Shown in pieces: positions 38,253 through 52,300 of a stretch of 64,000 bases of DNA. The stretch's first letter is position 1; each line of letters starts with the position of its first letter. The notes under the pieces were generated by a model that was given only the letters and a program-made list of their open reading frames with translations, was not told the DNA's origin and ran no database searches. The stretch spans positions 35,030,001 to 35,094,000 of the forward strand of contig NC_042997.1 in assembly GCF_006345805.1 (NCBI RefSeq), read 5' to 3'. Made by a program: the position numbers and the translations under genes. This DNA comes from Octopus sinensis (Eukaryota).

Positions 38253-39867
38253 AGCTGCACGCAAGAAATTGTCAAGCATGCACATATATTACTAACGAAA
38301 TACCAAAATCCTTATAACTTATAAGTTTGCTTGTCTCCATTCAGGATTCAAAACGTTAGCCATATGTATTGTAGGAGATATTTTACATTTGTTAAGAAAG
38401 CAACTTTTACACCGTTCGTTATTTCGTTGTTCCTAAAACGGAGTGTATCATTGCAAAAATTTAATCCAAAAGTGTAGAATCCCGTGTTAGAGAGGTATAA
38501 TACACACTGGTTCTGAATAGTTGTTGATGGAAACTACTCAAGGCTCTCATAAGAACAACATAGAAACCTTTCTTCTTTTAAACAACTTAGCTGCTAAGCA
38601 AATGTGTCGTAAATGGCAGAGAGATAGTAGCCATTTCCCTAATTATCAAGAACTCCCTCAAAACACATGCTATGGTTATGCAACTGTCTTTTCTACTTTT
38701 ATTACAACTTCTACTCTTCCGAAGGAAGACAGGATATAGCATTTTTACCCAAGACTAACCAACTGACCAGTCTCTCTTCCTCATGCCATACGATTGTGTC
38801 ATATCCAACTGTATCGAGCCGTACATACATTACTGCAGTAAATTGCAAATCCGTGGAATATTCTTTTAACCTCATTTTGAGAGTTGACAGTCTGAACTAG
38901 TCTATCTTTCAGAACCTATAATAATTCTGGGCCTCTCTTCTCTACAAACTACTACATATATACTTCTTTAACTTTCAAATACGAATATTATTTTGTAAAG
39001 TTGTGTAAATCAGTGTCTGTACAACATATTCTGAATTTCAAAATTTCAGTTCAATAGTTCACTTGAATACACATGTATTCTCAGTATTTGACAACTTTTG
39101 ACAACCTCTACTACTATATGTCATCTCTTATTCTGAGAGAAATTGGATCGATCTTATATTAAATGGACGAAAAATGTCAGAATATATGACATAGTCTCGG
39201 AAACAAAGATGAAATAGATAATGTTCCTGCAGCCGTATATTTCTTGCTGTGGAGTTAGGCCAGTCAAAGAAAAGAGTAAGCATATACGTTCTCGTATATC
39301 AAGCTCAATAATTTATAGCATTAAGTTCAGTTTCAAATAGCATCCATGTTATATTTCCTAACCCGCTAATCAATAGCATATAAGTACCAGCGAGATTCTG
39401 TGATTAAGCTGCTGCTTCCTTTCAGAGAAAAATGCTCACACTGTTATGATGCAAGTGAAAATTAGAACTAAAGCGTAATCATGAATCAACCTGCCCCAAA
39501 TCGTATTTTATCGCGGGGAGATATGGAAACAATAATTACTTTCACAGCACGCCTACGAACAGCGGTAAGCCATTTAAACAAATGGAATCTACAACAATAT
39601 AGAACTCTATGGACACAGTGCAATGTCAAAGAATGGTTGCAATGGACAAAATGTGGTTTGTTGCCTGTTTCTCTTTTGCTGTAGGCTATTTACCGCATTG
39701 CCGTTCATAGATGTAATTCACAAACTTCATTTATTACTTATCGGCCGTTTCAATCGAAGTGCTCACCATTGAATACAAATAGGAGTTTAAAAAAAGTTAG
39801 AATCGAAGAGATGTCACCCTGTTGGCTGAAAGATTATCACTCCGAAGAATTACACACACATATAAAT

Positions 39868-40235
<368 letters not shown>

Positions 40236-41268
40236 ACGTTCATAAGTATAGTAACATATCTGCGTATATCTCATTGTTTGAAGTATCTGAACGTTACTAT
40301 GAATATCAAAACGATTTTACTGTAGTGAACTTTGAACAATACATTTAATTGCATCTAAAATACTTTAATTGCAACAAAATACTTCATAGCAGCTGCTTAA
40401 ATATTAATTTGGTTGATGAATTTCTGAGAAAGATAGATTTAGTATGTAATCCTAAGCAGTGTTTCTTCTGGTGATTTGAAACTATACTTTTTTCATTCAG
40501 GAATTGTTCTTTGCAAATATATTCGACAGAATGTGCACGCGCACGCGCGTTTACCCGCACTTTTTTTAAGGTCATCCGTCACTCGCAAGTGAGTATAACT
40601 TGATACTTTATACTATGCTCTCCTTCATTGTTTTTGGTGTCTATATAGTCAAGAGCAGACAGAGAGCCATTCTTGGCCACAAGTTTTAGGTTTCATACCC
40701 AAAAGATAATTGGGAATATGCACGTAGGAAGATAAGAGTGTAGTATCAGCAACAGATTGTACTCATTTTCAGATGAGTAGATTGGAACAATGTGTAATGA
40801 CGAGCTCTACCTATGGACAAACACGTCGTCCAATTCAGAAAACAAACACGTAAAGTTAGGGTCATGAACTTAACACCCAGACCATAAGATCTCGAGCCTT
40901 CACATAACACCCCCACACCCCCGCACAACCCACATCCACCCACACACACCGAAGTATTGAGTTACGAGTATGAAAATAAATCAAAAGAAATTTTAAGGTA
41001 TTTGAGGGAAAAACCACGCATACACACACACAAAAACACACATACACACACACAAAAACACATACACACACACTGTCATACCCACAAACAGTAAAGTATT
41101 GCTCACACATCTTTGGTGTATTACATTCAATGACAAGGTAGTGCTGGATTATAGTGGAAAACACCGGCCCGATCTGTGGCGTGGGCGAGACTTAACTACA
41201 TGGTTGCGATGGAAACATTTTAACGATACAATTAGAACTCTGTATACGCACACACACACATACACACA

Positions 41269-41299
<31 letters not shown>

Positions 41300-41970
41300 G
41301 AACAAAAGTAAACCACTCAGAGTAGTCAGCAGCATACATATGAGTAACAAAGTCAGATACAGGCATATCAAATACCATACATCATAAATTCTTGATTTAT
41401 TTAAATTATCTCAGCCTCATATGAGGAAGTGAGATGATCTCAGAAGTCAGGGACTCTCCAGGGTTGACATGCTATAAGGGAAAAAGCCAAGCACATTCTG
41501 TACAGATAAGAAGTCAAAGGTGAAAATAAGTTTTTGCCTCGTCAGACGTCATCTACACGACACGTTTTTTCTATTCCTTCTCCAGTAGTAAAGAAATACT
41601 GACATTAAAAAATGGGTGCAGCACATTTATGTGCTAGGCAATTTATGTAAACCAAACAAAATAAGCTCAGAGAAAAAGAGAAATAACACAGTATAGACAG
41701 TATATGAGCAACATTTACAAATAAAATCTAACTAGTTATATATTTGTTTCTTCTATTGTCACAGGCATAACTCTTTGGTAAAAAAAAATTTGCTGCTCGA
41801 GCACATGATTCCTGGTTTACTCCCGCTGAATGGATTTGGCCATTCGAAACTCAAAGAAACATGTTGTCTGTGTATACACACACACACAAACACACGTGCG
41901 CATACAAACACATGCGTATATGTATGAATGCATATATATATATATCCATATCTATCTATCTATATACATA

Positions 41971-42028
41971 TATTTCTTTATTGCCCACAAGGAGCTAAAC
42001 ACAGAGGGGGACAAACAAGGACAGACAA
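41971..42028 (-). mobile_element. SINE family B 3' tail only
   Basis: TATTTCTTTATTGCCCACAAGGAGCTAAACACAGAGGGGGACAAACAAGGACAGACA matches the family B tail. Confidence 0.8.
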
Positions 42029-42212
42029 GTCTCTCTCTCTATATGTATATACATACACACATACATATACACACACATATATATATATATATTTATATAC
42101 GTGCGTGTGAGTGTGTGCATGCATGTATATTTATACGTGTGCGTGCGTATGTGTATGTGTATATATATATATACATGTGTCAGTGCATGTGTGTGTATGT
42201 GTGTGTGTGTGT

Positions 42213-42250
<38 letters not shown>

Positions 42251-42620
42251 GTAAACAGAGAGAAGGAAGAGAAAAAAATGATAAAATGAAATGCAGACTA
42301 TCACACACACACATACACAGATTCAGAAAGCAGCAGACAAAAACGGTGGGTGAGACGTAATATATTGATGATGCATCGTTTAGCAAATTCATCCAGACGC
42401 TGTCAAATAGTAGTTGCAGGCCCGAAGGCTATATATATATGGAACTTTCATTAGAAGAAACTCAGCAATGATGCTAAAGCTCTCGATATCATTTATCTGG
42501 TGTGATATATAATTCGTTACGAATTTGTGAATAAACGATTTTATTCTCTATTTTCTCCAAATCACAGTTCAGAAACAACGGTAAATTATTGAAAATTGTT
42601 CTCTTTATATGAAGCTACTA

Positions 42621-42666
<46 letters not shown>

Positions 42667-42714
42667 GTGTGCGTGAGTGTATATATATGCATACACTCAC
42701 TCGCATACACATAT

Positions 42715-42948
42715 CTTTTATCATTTCTCTTCAACTTGTTTCAGTCATCCGACTTCGGCCAAGCTGGGGCAACACTTTGAAAAATGTTTAATTTAATGAT
42801 TCGACCTAACTATTCAATTTTTTACTGCTTCGTACTTATTCTGTCGAATTCTTTTGCCAAACCACTATGTTACAAGGATATTAGAACACCAGCACCAGTT
42901 GTCAAGTGGTTGTAGGGGGAAAAGTTAGACTCAAAGATTTCCCTACCC

Positions 42949-42987
<39 letters not shown>

Positions 42988-42998
42988 ATGGACTTCTT
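42715..42998 (-). mobile_element. SINE family A, 3' half
   Basis: ACTTGTTTCAGTCATCCGACTTCGGCC...ACACCAGCACCAGTTGTCAAG matches 2321-2560. Confidence 0.75.
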
Positions 42999-43320
42999 TA
43001 TTTATTAAGATTATCTTCGCCTCTAGACGATGTATCACAATTGCCAAGTGACAATGAAGACCAGCTCCACTTCAGAAGCGAGATAGTCTCAAGAATCGTG
43101 AATTCTGCAGAACCGAATTGCCATTACAGTAAAGGACAGGTTTTTTGTCCGGATATTCGAGGAAATTCATGGTTACCTGTATCTGGCAAAGCAGGACAGT
43201 TGGCCAACTTTGTCTCCAGTAAATAAAGGATGTAGACTTATACAAAATGAATAAAAATGCATTTATGACCTAGTTAATTTGCATAATTTACACAAAAATC
43301 TTCAAAGAGCAATAGCTCTA

Positions 43321-43515
43321 GGTGAGCAGTGGTAAAGTCACGGCATGGCACCTTGGGAAAGTGGCCTCTACTGTAGCCTCAGGCCTTCCAAAGCCTTGTG
43401 AATATATCTAGTAGACAGAAAGTATAAGAAACTTGTTATATATATGTATATATTTGTATACATACATACACACACACACGCACACACACACGCACACACG
43501 CACACACACACGCAC

Positions 43516-43575
<60 letters not shown>

Positions 43576-43824
43576 CTGCGTGTGTGTTTTTCTGTCTGTG
43601 TTTGTTCCACACCATTTAACCTCTGTTGACATGTTTCCTCCCACTTAACCAAGCCGTTCGAAAAAAGGTCGATAGAATAAGTACCAGACTTAACAAAATA
43701 AATAAATAAATAAATAATAAGTATCGAGTCGATTCATTCAACTAAAGAAAACTGTCCAAGGTGTTGTCCCAGCGTGGTCGCAGTCTAATGACTGAAACAA
43801 GTAAAAGATAAAAGGCAAAAGATA
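43321..43824 (+). mobile_element. SINE family A, degenerate, with expanded internal microsatellite
   Basis: GGCACCTTGGGAAAGTGG...CCAAAGCCTTGTG...GATAGAATAAGTAC...GGTCGCAGTCTAATGACTGAAACAAGTAAAAGA. Confidence 0.8.
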
Positions 43825-45324
43825 TATGTGCACAATTGACAATTTCTTGCATGTAATTTATTCATATATGTATATGTCTGTTTCAGATAACCATCAAATT
43901 ATTGTGGTTACTTCAGCAAATAACTAAAAGTTAGTTTACTTACAATTTCTACAATTTCTACTATACTATATTAAGTATAGTGGAACATTTCACAATTTGC
44001 TTAGCATAACCTTTGTAAAATAATTTATTCGTGTTCTTATTAAACTGCAAATATCTGAAAAATATCGACTTTTGTACAGTTTCAAGTTATGTTTTTCATA
44101 CAGTTGGAATGTTTGATGTTCTATTTTGCTTGCACTAAAAATACTTCTTTGAAATGCATCATGACTCAACATGCTTCTTACAGATATTCTTTATAAAAAT
44201 ATATACATCAGCCATCAATCTTTTTTGATCTTAACAGTCGTAACTCATTAGCAAATAAATGCTCTTTGAGAAGAAGAAAAAAAGCTGCCAAGACAAGAAC
44301 GCTGAATATAATCTAATGCTATCGATCCATAAAAACATAAATATCCTCATACGACAATTGCCAACGATAATAAACTTTCTGTTATTTTCTATTCTTTTGT
44401 TTCAATCATTGGACTGCGGCCATACTGGGGTACCGCCTTGACGAGCTTATTCACTCAAATCAACTCCAAAATTATTTTTAAGTCTGACATTTAATCTAAC
44501 GGTTTTGCTTATTATTTGACATAGTAACTTAGCTTAAATATAAGGTGATAAACTACTTATTTGCAATAATCACAGCAACAACGACAATAGCAATAACAAT
44601 GACAAAATGAACTGCGAAATGTGAATAAGCCAATAAACAAAACCGAATATGTATACTATGTATGCTTACAGTATTCTCTTATAGTCGGTGTGCGGTGCGG
44701 TAAGTAGTCACCCATATTAAACTAGTCCCCAGAACGAAACTATTCTAGTCTGATATTAAGTGCATGAACATTCGCCATGGTGTAGAGACCGTATTGAATG
44801 TATTAAAGGGCCTTTGAAAAACCTCAGTAAAAGAAAAAGGATGATAGTTATAATGTGGCTGAGAAGCACTGTTTTAGTCAAAAGACGCACAAGGAAAAAG
44901 AAAATGTAAAATTTTGTGTGTCAAGTACTTTTATCTTTTTTTGTTTGTCGGTAATATCCTCTTACAATAACTATTTTAATCTGCAAAAATTCTCATTAGC
45001 AGAATGAGAACAAGAATACATCGAGTTGAGCGATAGAGTTATATAGATAGCAACAGAAGTAGGTAAGGCTAAGATTGATTAGTATGGTACAAAGGCATTT
45101 TTCAATGGATTCATCTTCGAGAATTACTTTTGTAGTCAGCAGTATCATGGCTTGTTTTAACATCAAAGACAGATTAGTTATTGGTATTAGTCAGCCGAGA
45201 ATTGACATTCAAGACGAATGGAAGCAAAGGAATGAAAGTGCAAAATATGAAAAAAAAAAGAAAGTAAATTGTAATAATAATAATAATAATAATAAGATTA
45301 TTATTATTAATAATAATAAGAAGA

Positions 45325-46161
45325 AAAGCCCCCTCATGGTAAATACTGGACTAAACTAAACGCAAAAGAAATAGACAAAGAAAAATTCCAGCAATGGTTG
45401 AGAAGCTCAGGACTCAAAGCAGAAACAGAGGGATTTTTAATTGCAGCACAAGACCAAAGCCTCCCCACCAGAAATTACCAAAAACATGTAATGAAAAGAA
45501 ATATTACAAGTAACTGCAAAATATGTGGAGATGGACAAGAAACAATAAATCATATTATCTCTAGCTGCCCAGTCCTGGCTAAGAAGGAATATATTCACAG
45601 ACATGACAGAGTTGGAACCTACATACATTGGAAGCTATGCCAACATTATGGAATAACAACAGAAAAAAGATGGTATAGGCACACACCAGAAAAGGTCACA
45701 GAAAACGAGAAAGCAACCATACTCTGGGATATGCCGATACACACAGATAGAGAAATTAAGGCCAACAGACCAGATATAGTTGTCAGAGACCATGAAGAAA
45801 AGAATGCTTTCTAATTGATGTATCAATACCGGCAGATGACAACGTGTCTCTAAAAGAAATGGAGAAACTCTCAAAATACAAAGACCTGGAAATAGAGGTA
45901 ACTAGAATGTGGAATCTGAAAACAGAAACAATTCCTATCATAGTAGGTGCATTAGGCATGATAAAAAAATATTCAGACAAATACATAACAAAAACACATA
46001 TAACATACAGCAAATTGCACTACTAGGCACTGCACACATCCTACGCAGAACACTTTCCATACAATAACCATCAGAGCATCAGAACAAATCACAGCACATA
46101 CCCAAGGCACACAGAGCTGCGCTCGGTAGTGAAGTGAAAGCACGCTATAAAAATAAAACTA

Positions 46162-46164
<3 letters not shown>
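45325..46164 (+). mobile_element. 5'-truncated R4/Dong-type RLE retrotransposon (lineage 2) flanked by (TAA)n
   Basis: KPPHGKYW...GLKAETEGFLIAAQDQSL...CKICGDGQETINHIISSC (CCHC)...RHDRVG...NRPDIVV...KYKDLEIEV; frameshift near 45810; (TAA)n at 45271-45320 and 46165-46210. Confidence 0.92.
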
Positions 46165-46210
<46 letters not shown>

Positions 46211-46213
<3 letters not shown>

Positions 46214-47040
46214 GCACCAACATGGTACCTACTGAAAATGTGACCAACTCAAAAGAATTTAAGAAACAAGATGGAGAACAAACATTAAACAACCAAAGAC
46301 TGAAAATGATGCCTGGGCAATACATCAGAAAAATGGAAGGGAAAGACAAGACCAACACCTGGAGCTGTCTACAGAAAAGGGATTTGAAAGGATGCACTGA
46401 GATATTGATAAACAGTACTGAGGAAAAAACTCTGAGAACCAATTCCACCAAATTCCAAAAAAAGAGGCGTAGAGAATTGCTACATTGTAAAGTGTGTGGC
46501 ATCAACAATAAAAGTAAATGTAGCAAAGTAGCCCAAAAGTAATATAAAAGGAGGCTTGATAATGTGGTTAAGCATGTTCACTGGAGATTGTGTGATAAGT
46601 AAGACCCCAAAATGAAATGGTAGGAACATAAAGCGAGTGTCATCCAGAATAATGAGTATAAGGGTTTGTGAGATTCTACAAGCCAGTGTGACTCATTGAT
46701 TAATGTTCGGAGACCAGATATTGTCACTGTTGATTAAAGATATTAAAGGAAACCACGTACATAAAGAGTGCCATACCTTGGGATGTACGACTGGGTAACA
46801 AAGAACCTGGAAATGATTCAGGTGAACGAGCTACTGAAAGATGCAACTGCGCGAATGCGAGTACTGAAGAAAGTAACTGTCGTTCCAGTAGTTGTAGGCC
46901 CATTAGGAATAGTAACAACCGGGTTTGAGACATTTGTTGTAGAAGCTGAGATTGAGATAAGGGTAGATCATACTCAAAAAACTGCTTTATTGGGAACCGC
47001 ATGGATTTTGAGATTGGTACTTGGATGTTATGCATTGTGA
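46211..47040 (+). pseudogene. Decayed 3' half of another R4/Dong-type element (lineage 3)
   Basis: KMMPGQYIR...DLKGCTEILI...TLRTN; CKVCG; VPVVVGPLG...TQKTALLGTAWILRLVLGC; many stops. Confidence 0.8.
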
Positions 47041-47099
47041 AAAGTGACCCTGTGAGATTCTTGACAACAGATCGACGTTTGCTTTTACCGAATTTACCG

Positions 47100-47400
47100 G
47101 GGCGTGGGCACAGTCGTCATGAAGCAACTGCTAAAAGAAGATGGACTAAAGAAATGAATTTGGTTGTAATGGAGTGCTATTTCTGGGTAATCCGAGAAAT
47201 GATATTACCCTCTATGGGATATAGGGCAGGGAGCGACAGAGACCTATTTAAATTATGTGAACATAATCTGTGTGACCAAGTTATAGCCATCAGAAAGAAT
47301 AAATGGTTATCTCTAGTTGAACTAGAAAGCATTAAGAAACGGGTGCTTAGGGGTAGTAAAACCAGCAGTAACGGGAGGATGAAGGAGAGAATGCAGATAA
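47100..47400 (+). pseudogene. N-terminal Myb-like fragment of an R4/Dong-type ORF
   Basis: KRRWTKEMNLVVMECYF...GYR...LCDQVIAIRKNKWLSLVELESIKKR. Confidence 0.75.
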
Positions 47401-47522
47401 TGAAACTATGGCACGAGGTCGACAGAAATATAATACTTTACTTAAGTGCTTGTTCGGGCACTGATTTTCTATATATATAGTTAGCTGAGTGATGAGCTGC
47501 TGCTATCTCTAGCGGTCGAGTA

Positions 47523-47560
47523 TCCAACACTGATGAGATCGAAATCACGTGATCTGTGGT
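47523..47560 (+). ncRNA. Putative minimalist type I hammerhead ribozyme
   Basis: TCCAACA-CTGATGA(47530-36)-G AT C-GAAA(47541-44)-palindrome TCACGTGA-TC-TGTGG. Helix I ACA/TGT plus CC/GG across a bulge; predicted cleavage after AUC at 47554. Confidence 0.7.
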
Positions 47561-48299
47561 CCCGGTGCTGGTGTTGGTGGGGAGTCGTCTCCCCACTGGT
47601 GATATAAAAAAAAACAAGCCTGCTTTCTGCACCATAATCTTATATGAGAGTTTCTCTCGTGGAAACTGGCAAATATTGTAGTAAAATTTGTTGTAACAGA
47701 ACATACTCGTTTAAGTGGTAATAAATATTATATAAATTGTCCTCATTCGCTTTTCAATATTTCGTTCCTTCCTATTTTTTATGGATTTATATTTTGTATT
47801 CTATAATGATGTCATATCAAAAATCATTGCATTGTTAGTTAACTATCGCAAAACTCGCACTAATATAAATTGTCATAGGAAAATTAATATAGAGTGCTCA
47901 TCCCACACTCTGTATTCTATCATCTAATTTATATGGTACATCAGGAAATGGAAATCATCTGATTGAACCAAGAATTCAAAATTTGTTATAGAAATGTAGA
48001 TCGATGGCTACATACCAAAATAGAAAAACACAATACTAATAGGATGCTGTTAGTTTTAAAGCGAACAAAATAGATTGTGACCAAAACAAAAGTTACATTT
48101 TAGCAAAAATTAATATCACCACATTGATACTTAAACAAGCTCTCTTTATCTGTTTTATTTGTATGCTATTCTTGCACAGAGTTCCACACATCTGAAGTTG
48201 TTGATTTTATGCCAACTAAACCTAAAGTTGATCTTCCAATTCAATTGTTTTCCTCTTCGTCACGAAATTGAATTTTCTCTCATACTTTCTACTGGAATC

Positions 48300-48495
48300 A
48301 CAAGACCACAAATTTGGGGGAAGGGATTAAGTCGATTACATCGACTCCAGTGCGTAACTGGTACTTATTTAATCGACCTCGAAAAGATGAAAAGCAAAGT
48401 TGACCCCGGTGGAATTTGAACCAACAACGTAACAGCAGACGAAATAGCGTTAAGCATTTCCCTCGGCGTACTAAAAATTCTGCCAGCTCACCGCG
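48300..48495 (-). mobile_element. SINE family B
   Basis: GTCGATTACATCGACTCCAGTGCGTAACTGGTACTTATTTAATCGACC...GGAATTTGAACC...CTGCCAGCTCACCGC. Confidence 0.85.
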
Positions 48496-49314
48496 TTAAT
48501 TTTAAAAAAATGTTAAGTCGTGTAGAATCTAGGGAAGCTCTACTCTAAAGACTTATCTAATTGTTCTGTCTGGGAAATGCAGACCCAAACGGATGCAACA
48601 TTTCTCTCTTAACAATCTGTTATTTTTCAATTAAATATTTGCAAGACTGACCCGAGGCATCTCTTCATTTCTATCAACCAAAAACAGAAAAGCTGCTAAT
48701 CTTACTCAAAATACAACCTGCAATTTACAAAGGTAGGACGTATTGAATAATGAGAATCTGATAGCAGTGTGCCAAAGAACAATGCAGTATCGGCATAGAT
48801 GGTTTGTCTCTGACCACAAGTCTACACAATCACATCATATAATAAAATAAAAGAATTACTGAAAATTTGACAAAGAAAATATACTTATGCTAATTCCCAA
48901 TATGCATTTATAAAGATAGTGTTCTACATTTCTCTTAACTAACGTTCATTTTCTAAACGATTCCTGTTGGGAAAAGCAATATAGCAAATTTTCTCTCTTT
49001 CATGCACACTGTGTTTGCAGAAAAAAGCGAAAACAGCAAAATCTAAAGTAGCATTATATACACTTATATTTTAGAAAAAAAAATTAGTCCATCTAACGAA
49101 AGTAGCGAAATGGAAAAGTACATATTCTTCCACTAGTAACTTATTTCTTGGTCTTTATTAATTTACTTACTATTTTACCTTTCTCTCTTTTTTGTTGCTC
49201 TTCTTCATTGTTTTTCTTTATTTTTCTTTCTTTGTTTATTTGTATTTTGTTCAATTTTACTATTTTCTCAAATTTTCTGTTGTTTTCCTCAGCTCTTTTG
49301 TTCATTGTTTTGAT

Positions 49315-49345
<31 letters not shown>

Positions 49346-52300
49346 ACTTTTCTTTCTTTCTTTCTTTCTTTCTTTCTTTCCTGAAAGCTTTTATGATCTT
49401 TCTTTTTTGCTTTTCTTCTTTCCTCTTGTCATACTGTAAGCTTTTCTTTCTGTCATATCTCGCTTTCATTCTCTCTCTCTCTCTATCTCTCTTTCTTTCT
49501 CACTGCCTCTCATTGTATTTTATATCTATTACCCATTCTCGTTTCTCACTCAAACATTTTCACTCTCTACAATGCACCTATTTCTCTCTAGCACTATCTT
49601 ACATGCACATCTATTTTACAGAAAGTGTTGGATCTCGTGCCAGCTTCGTCAATGTGTGATTCGCTTGTTTGATCAACGAAATTATATAGATAAACATTGA
49701 AGTATAGTGTAAGTCGCTTGCAAATAAGTTCTATGCAAACTCCACAGCTTCACGGTGTGTCACTAAGCAAAATACTTTGACTTACAGCTAAAGCCCAGTG
49801 AATGCGGCCTCTTGCACAGTTTCTGTTTGAGGCGATTGTAGAAAACACTTGTTCAATGTCCTACAAAATGGTATTGAACGTGATGATTACAAAACGAATT
49901 GTAAATCATTTCTTATTTCTGTATTTTCATTTAAAAGCATTATAATACAACGTGAGATAATGAACGTGTACCGAAATATATTCCAGCTTCATATAATTCC
50001 ATGATGTGATTATATGTGATTACAAACATGCTAAGATACGAGAGAATACAGATTTCAACATATTCACTGAGAGCATGTGTTTGCGTGTGTGTGTGTGTAT
50101 GTGTGTGTGTGTGTGTGTGTGCGCGTGCGTATGGCACACTTATGTGTGTCTTTACCGATTGTACATTCAATCCACTGCCGAGTTTAAACCATTATCCGTT
50201 GTCCGGGAATTTTTATAACGGTTCATTCTTTTGCAGCAAATCGAGTGACATGATAGGTCAGAGATCTGGGGATGACTTTTCTTCCTTTGAATAATCTATG
50301 TAAAAGTACATATGCCTGCATTCCCGTACAATATCGGATAGAAGTATTTCACAGTGTCACGTCGAGGTAGGAATGGCTGGAATGTATTTGATTATAGAAT
50401 TGCTTGGTCTAAATTGCCATGCTGATTTGTGCGTGCGTATGTGAGTGAATATGCTTGGCAAACGCCATTAAAAAGTAACAGAGCATACTTTGCTCAAATG
50501 TATGCATCAGTGTCAAGAATTCTAAGTATTTGCTTTCAGTCTCATATTATAAACAAAGAAAGGAATTAGTCGAGCAAACGAAGCTGACCGAACTAATAGT
50601 CAGTGTGATATTTGTAACCAGTCTATAACCTATACTTATATAACACTCTTTACACTTTTAATTTAAGAACGTATTGAACCATTATGATTTGCTTAAAATT
50701 TCTGTCTGATCCACTAACAATAATATAAACATATACATACACACACACACACACACACGCGCGTGCACACAAACACACGCATATTCCCACGGTGCGCGCT
50801 CAGATACACACACAAACACACCTATACAGACTCATAATTCAGTAATTCGTTCCTTCACTTCACCATTCACTCCATCGGCTTTTATCGCAAAGCTATCTCG
50901 CTAACGCACTTGTCGTTTCTCACTGCTCACCACGAACTTTGCAATGCTCCCAACAGACCCCCTCACACACAGACACCTGTCTACCAGACACATACATATA
51001 AATAAAAAAAGATAGAGAAAAATGTAATGGTGAATATGAACATGAAAATTTAATGAGGTAAAACTCTGTTCTCTCTGCAAAAAATGATCACGAGGTATTT
51101 ACGTATTGCCGCTTTAACAATATACAATATCAACGTCCGTATCCACGAATAACCAGCACACGCAAGTGCATCTATGTTCATAGTCATCTGCGTATTGCTA
51201 TATAGCTGTACATGATTATCAGTTTTAGCGCATCTAACCAGTACACATTAGATAAATCTAATGGACTTCTGGAATCATGTCTAAGTGCTCAATTTTTATA
51301 CCGGATACTGGTGAGCAAAAGGCATATAAAGCATTAAAAGGAATATTAATCGGAGAAATATTCTATTAGACGTGATTGAAGCAGACATAGTAGTTATAGA
51401 ATTAGTAGTAGTTGTAATACCAGGTGTAATGTTAATCGTTGTTATCATGCTATGGATAAAATATTTCGTCACCTGAGACGTGTGATGACAAGAAAGTTGA
51501 TTATTATCAAGCTGTATACTTCGTGTAAAGTTAGTTAATACCGTAAAGGTAGATAATAGATTATTAGAAGCGAATAAAATCCACGATATGTAAGCAATTG
51601 TTTTAAGGTAACTTTAAACGTATGTGAAATATAGCGATAACAAAATGATTTATATGATTATATGTCTGTGTATATACAATTAAGTTTGTATATAATGCAT
51701 ATGGATAAGCATACACACACAAATACCAGCCATATATATTCCAAATCACAACTTATTGACTTAAAAGAAGAACACGCAGGTAATGTGATTCTGGGTTCCT
51801 GGAATTTGGAATGGAGGACACATTACATAATGTATTTTTATACAAAAGGTACGGTGACACATGAAAAATATTTGAACATAGGTCGTTTGAATCAGAGTTG
51901 ATCTGAAACTAAATACAAATATGGAAACGTACAGAACTATACCAAAACGCACTAGCGCTTTTATTAATAGTCTCCTTCTCTTGAGAGCTGGTGATGAAAT
52001 TTTTAGAACATTAGAAAAATACAATGCTGTATAATGTTTCGTTCCTTGACATCGTAACTTGGTATTCTATTAGGCCGTATTTAACATTTTGTGCCTTAGA
52101 GTAATGACGCAAATATCACTAGAGTTTTGGAGTGAATTTATTTGACTGCTTATAACGTAAAATGTGCGGATATAAGCAGATGATAGCTGTGGTTACATTT
52201 GATATTACTACTGGTATTCTTTTATTTTTTTGTACGTTGCAGCTATCAGGCTGTGGCCATGGTGGAGCACAGAAATAATTTTTATATATTGATTTTGCGA

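Noticed and set aside
42906-43226. 106-aa ORF with a non-repetitive C-terminal part between two SINEs
   Set aside because: Starts inside a SINE/microsatellite, has no recognisable domain and no convincing splice sites.
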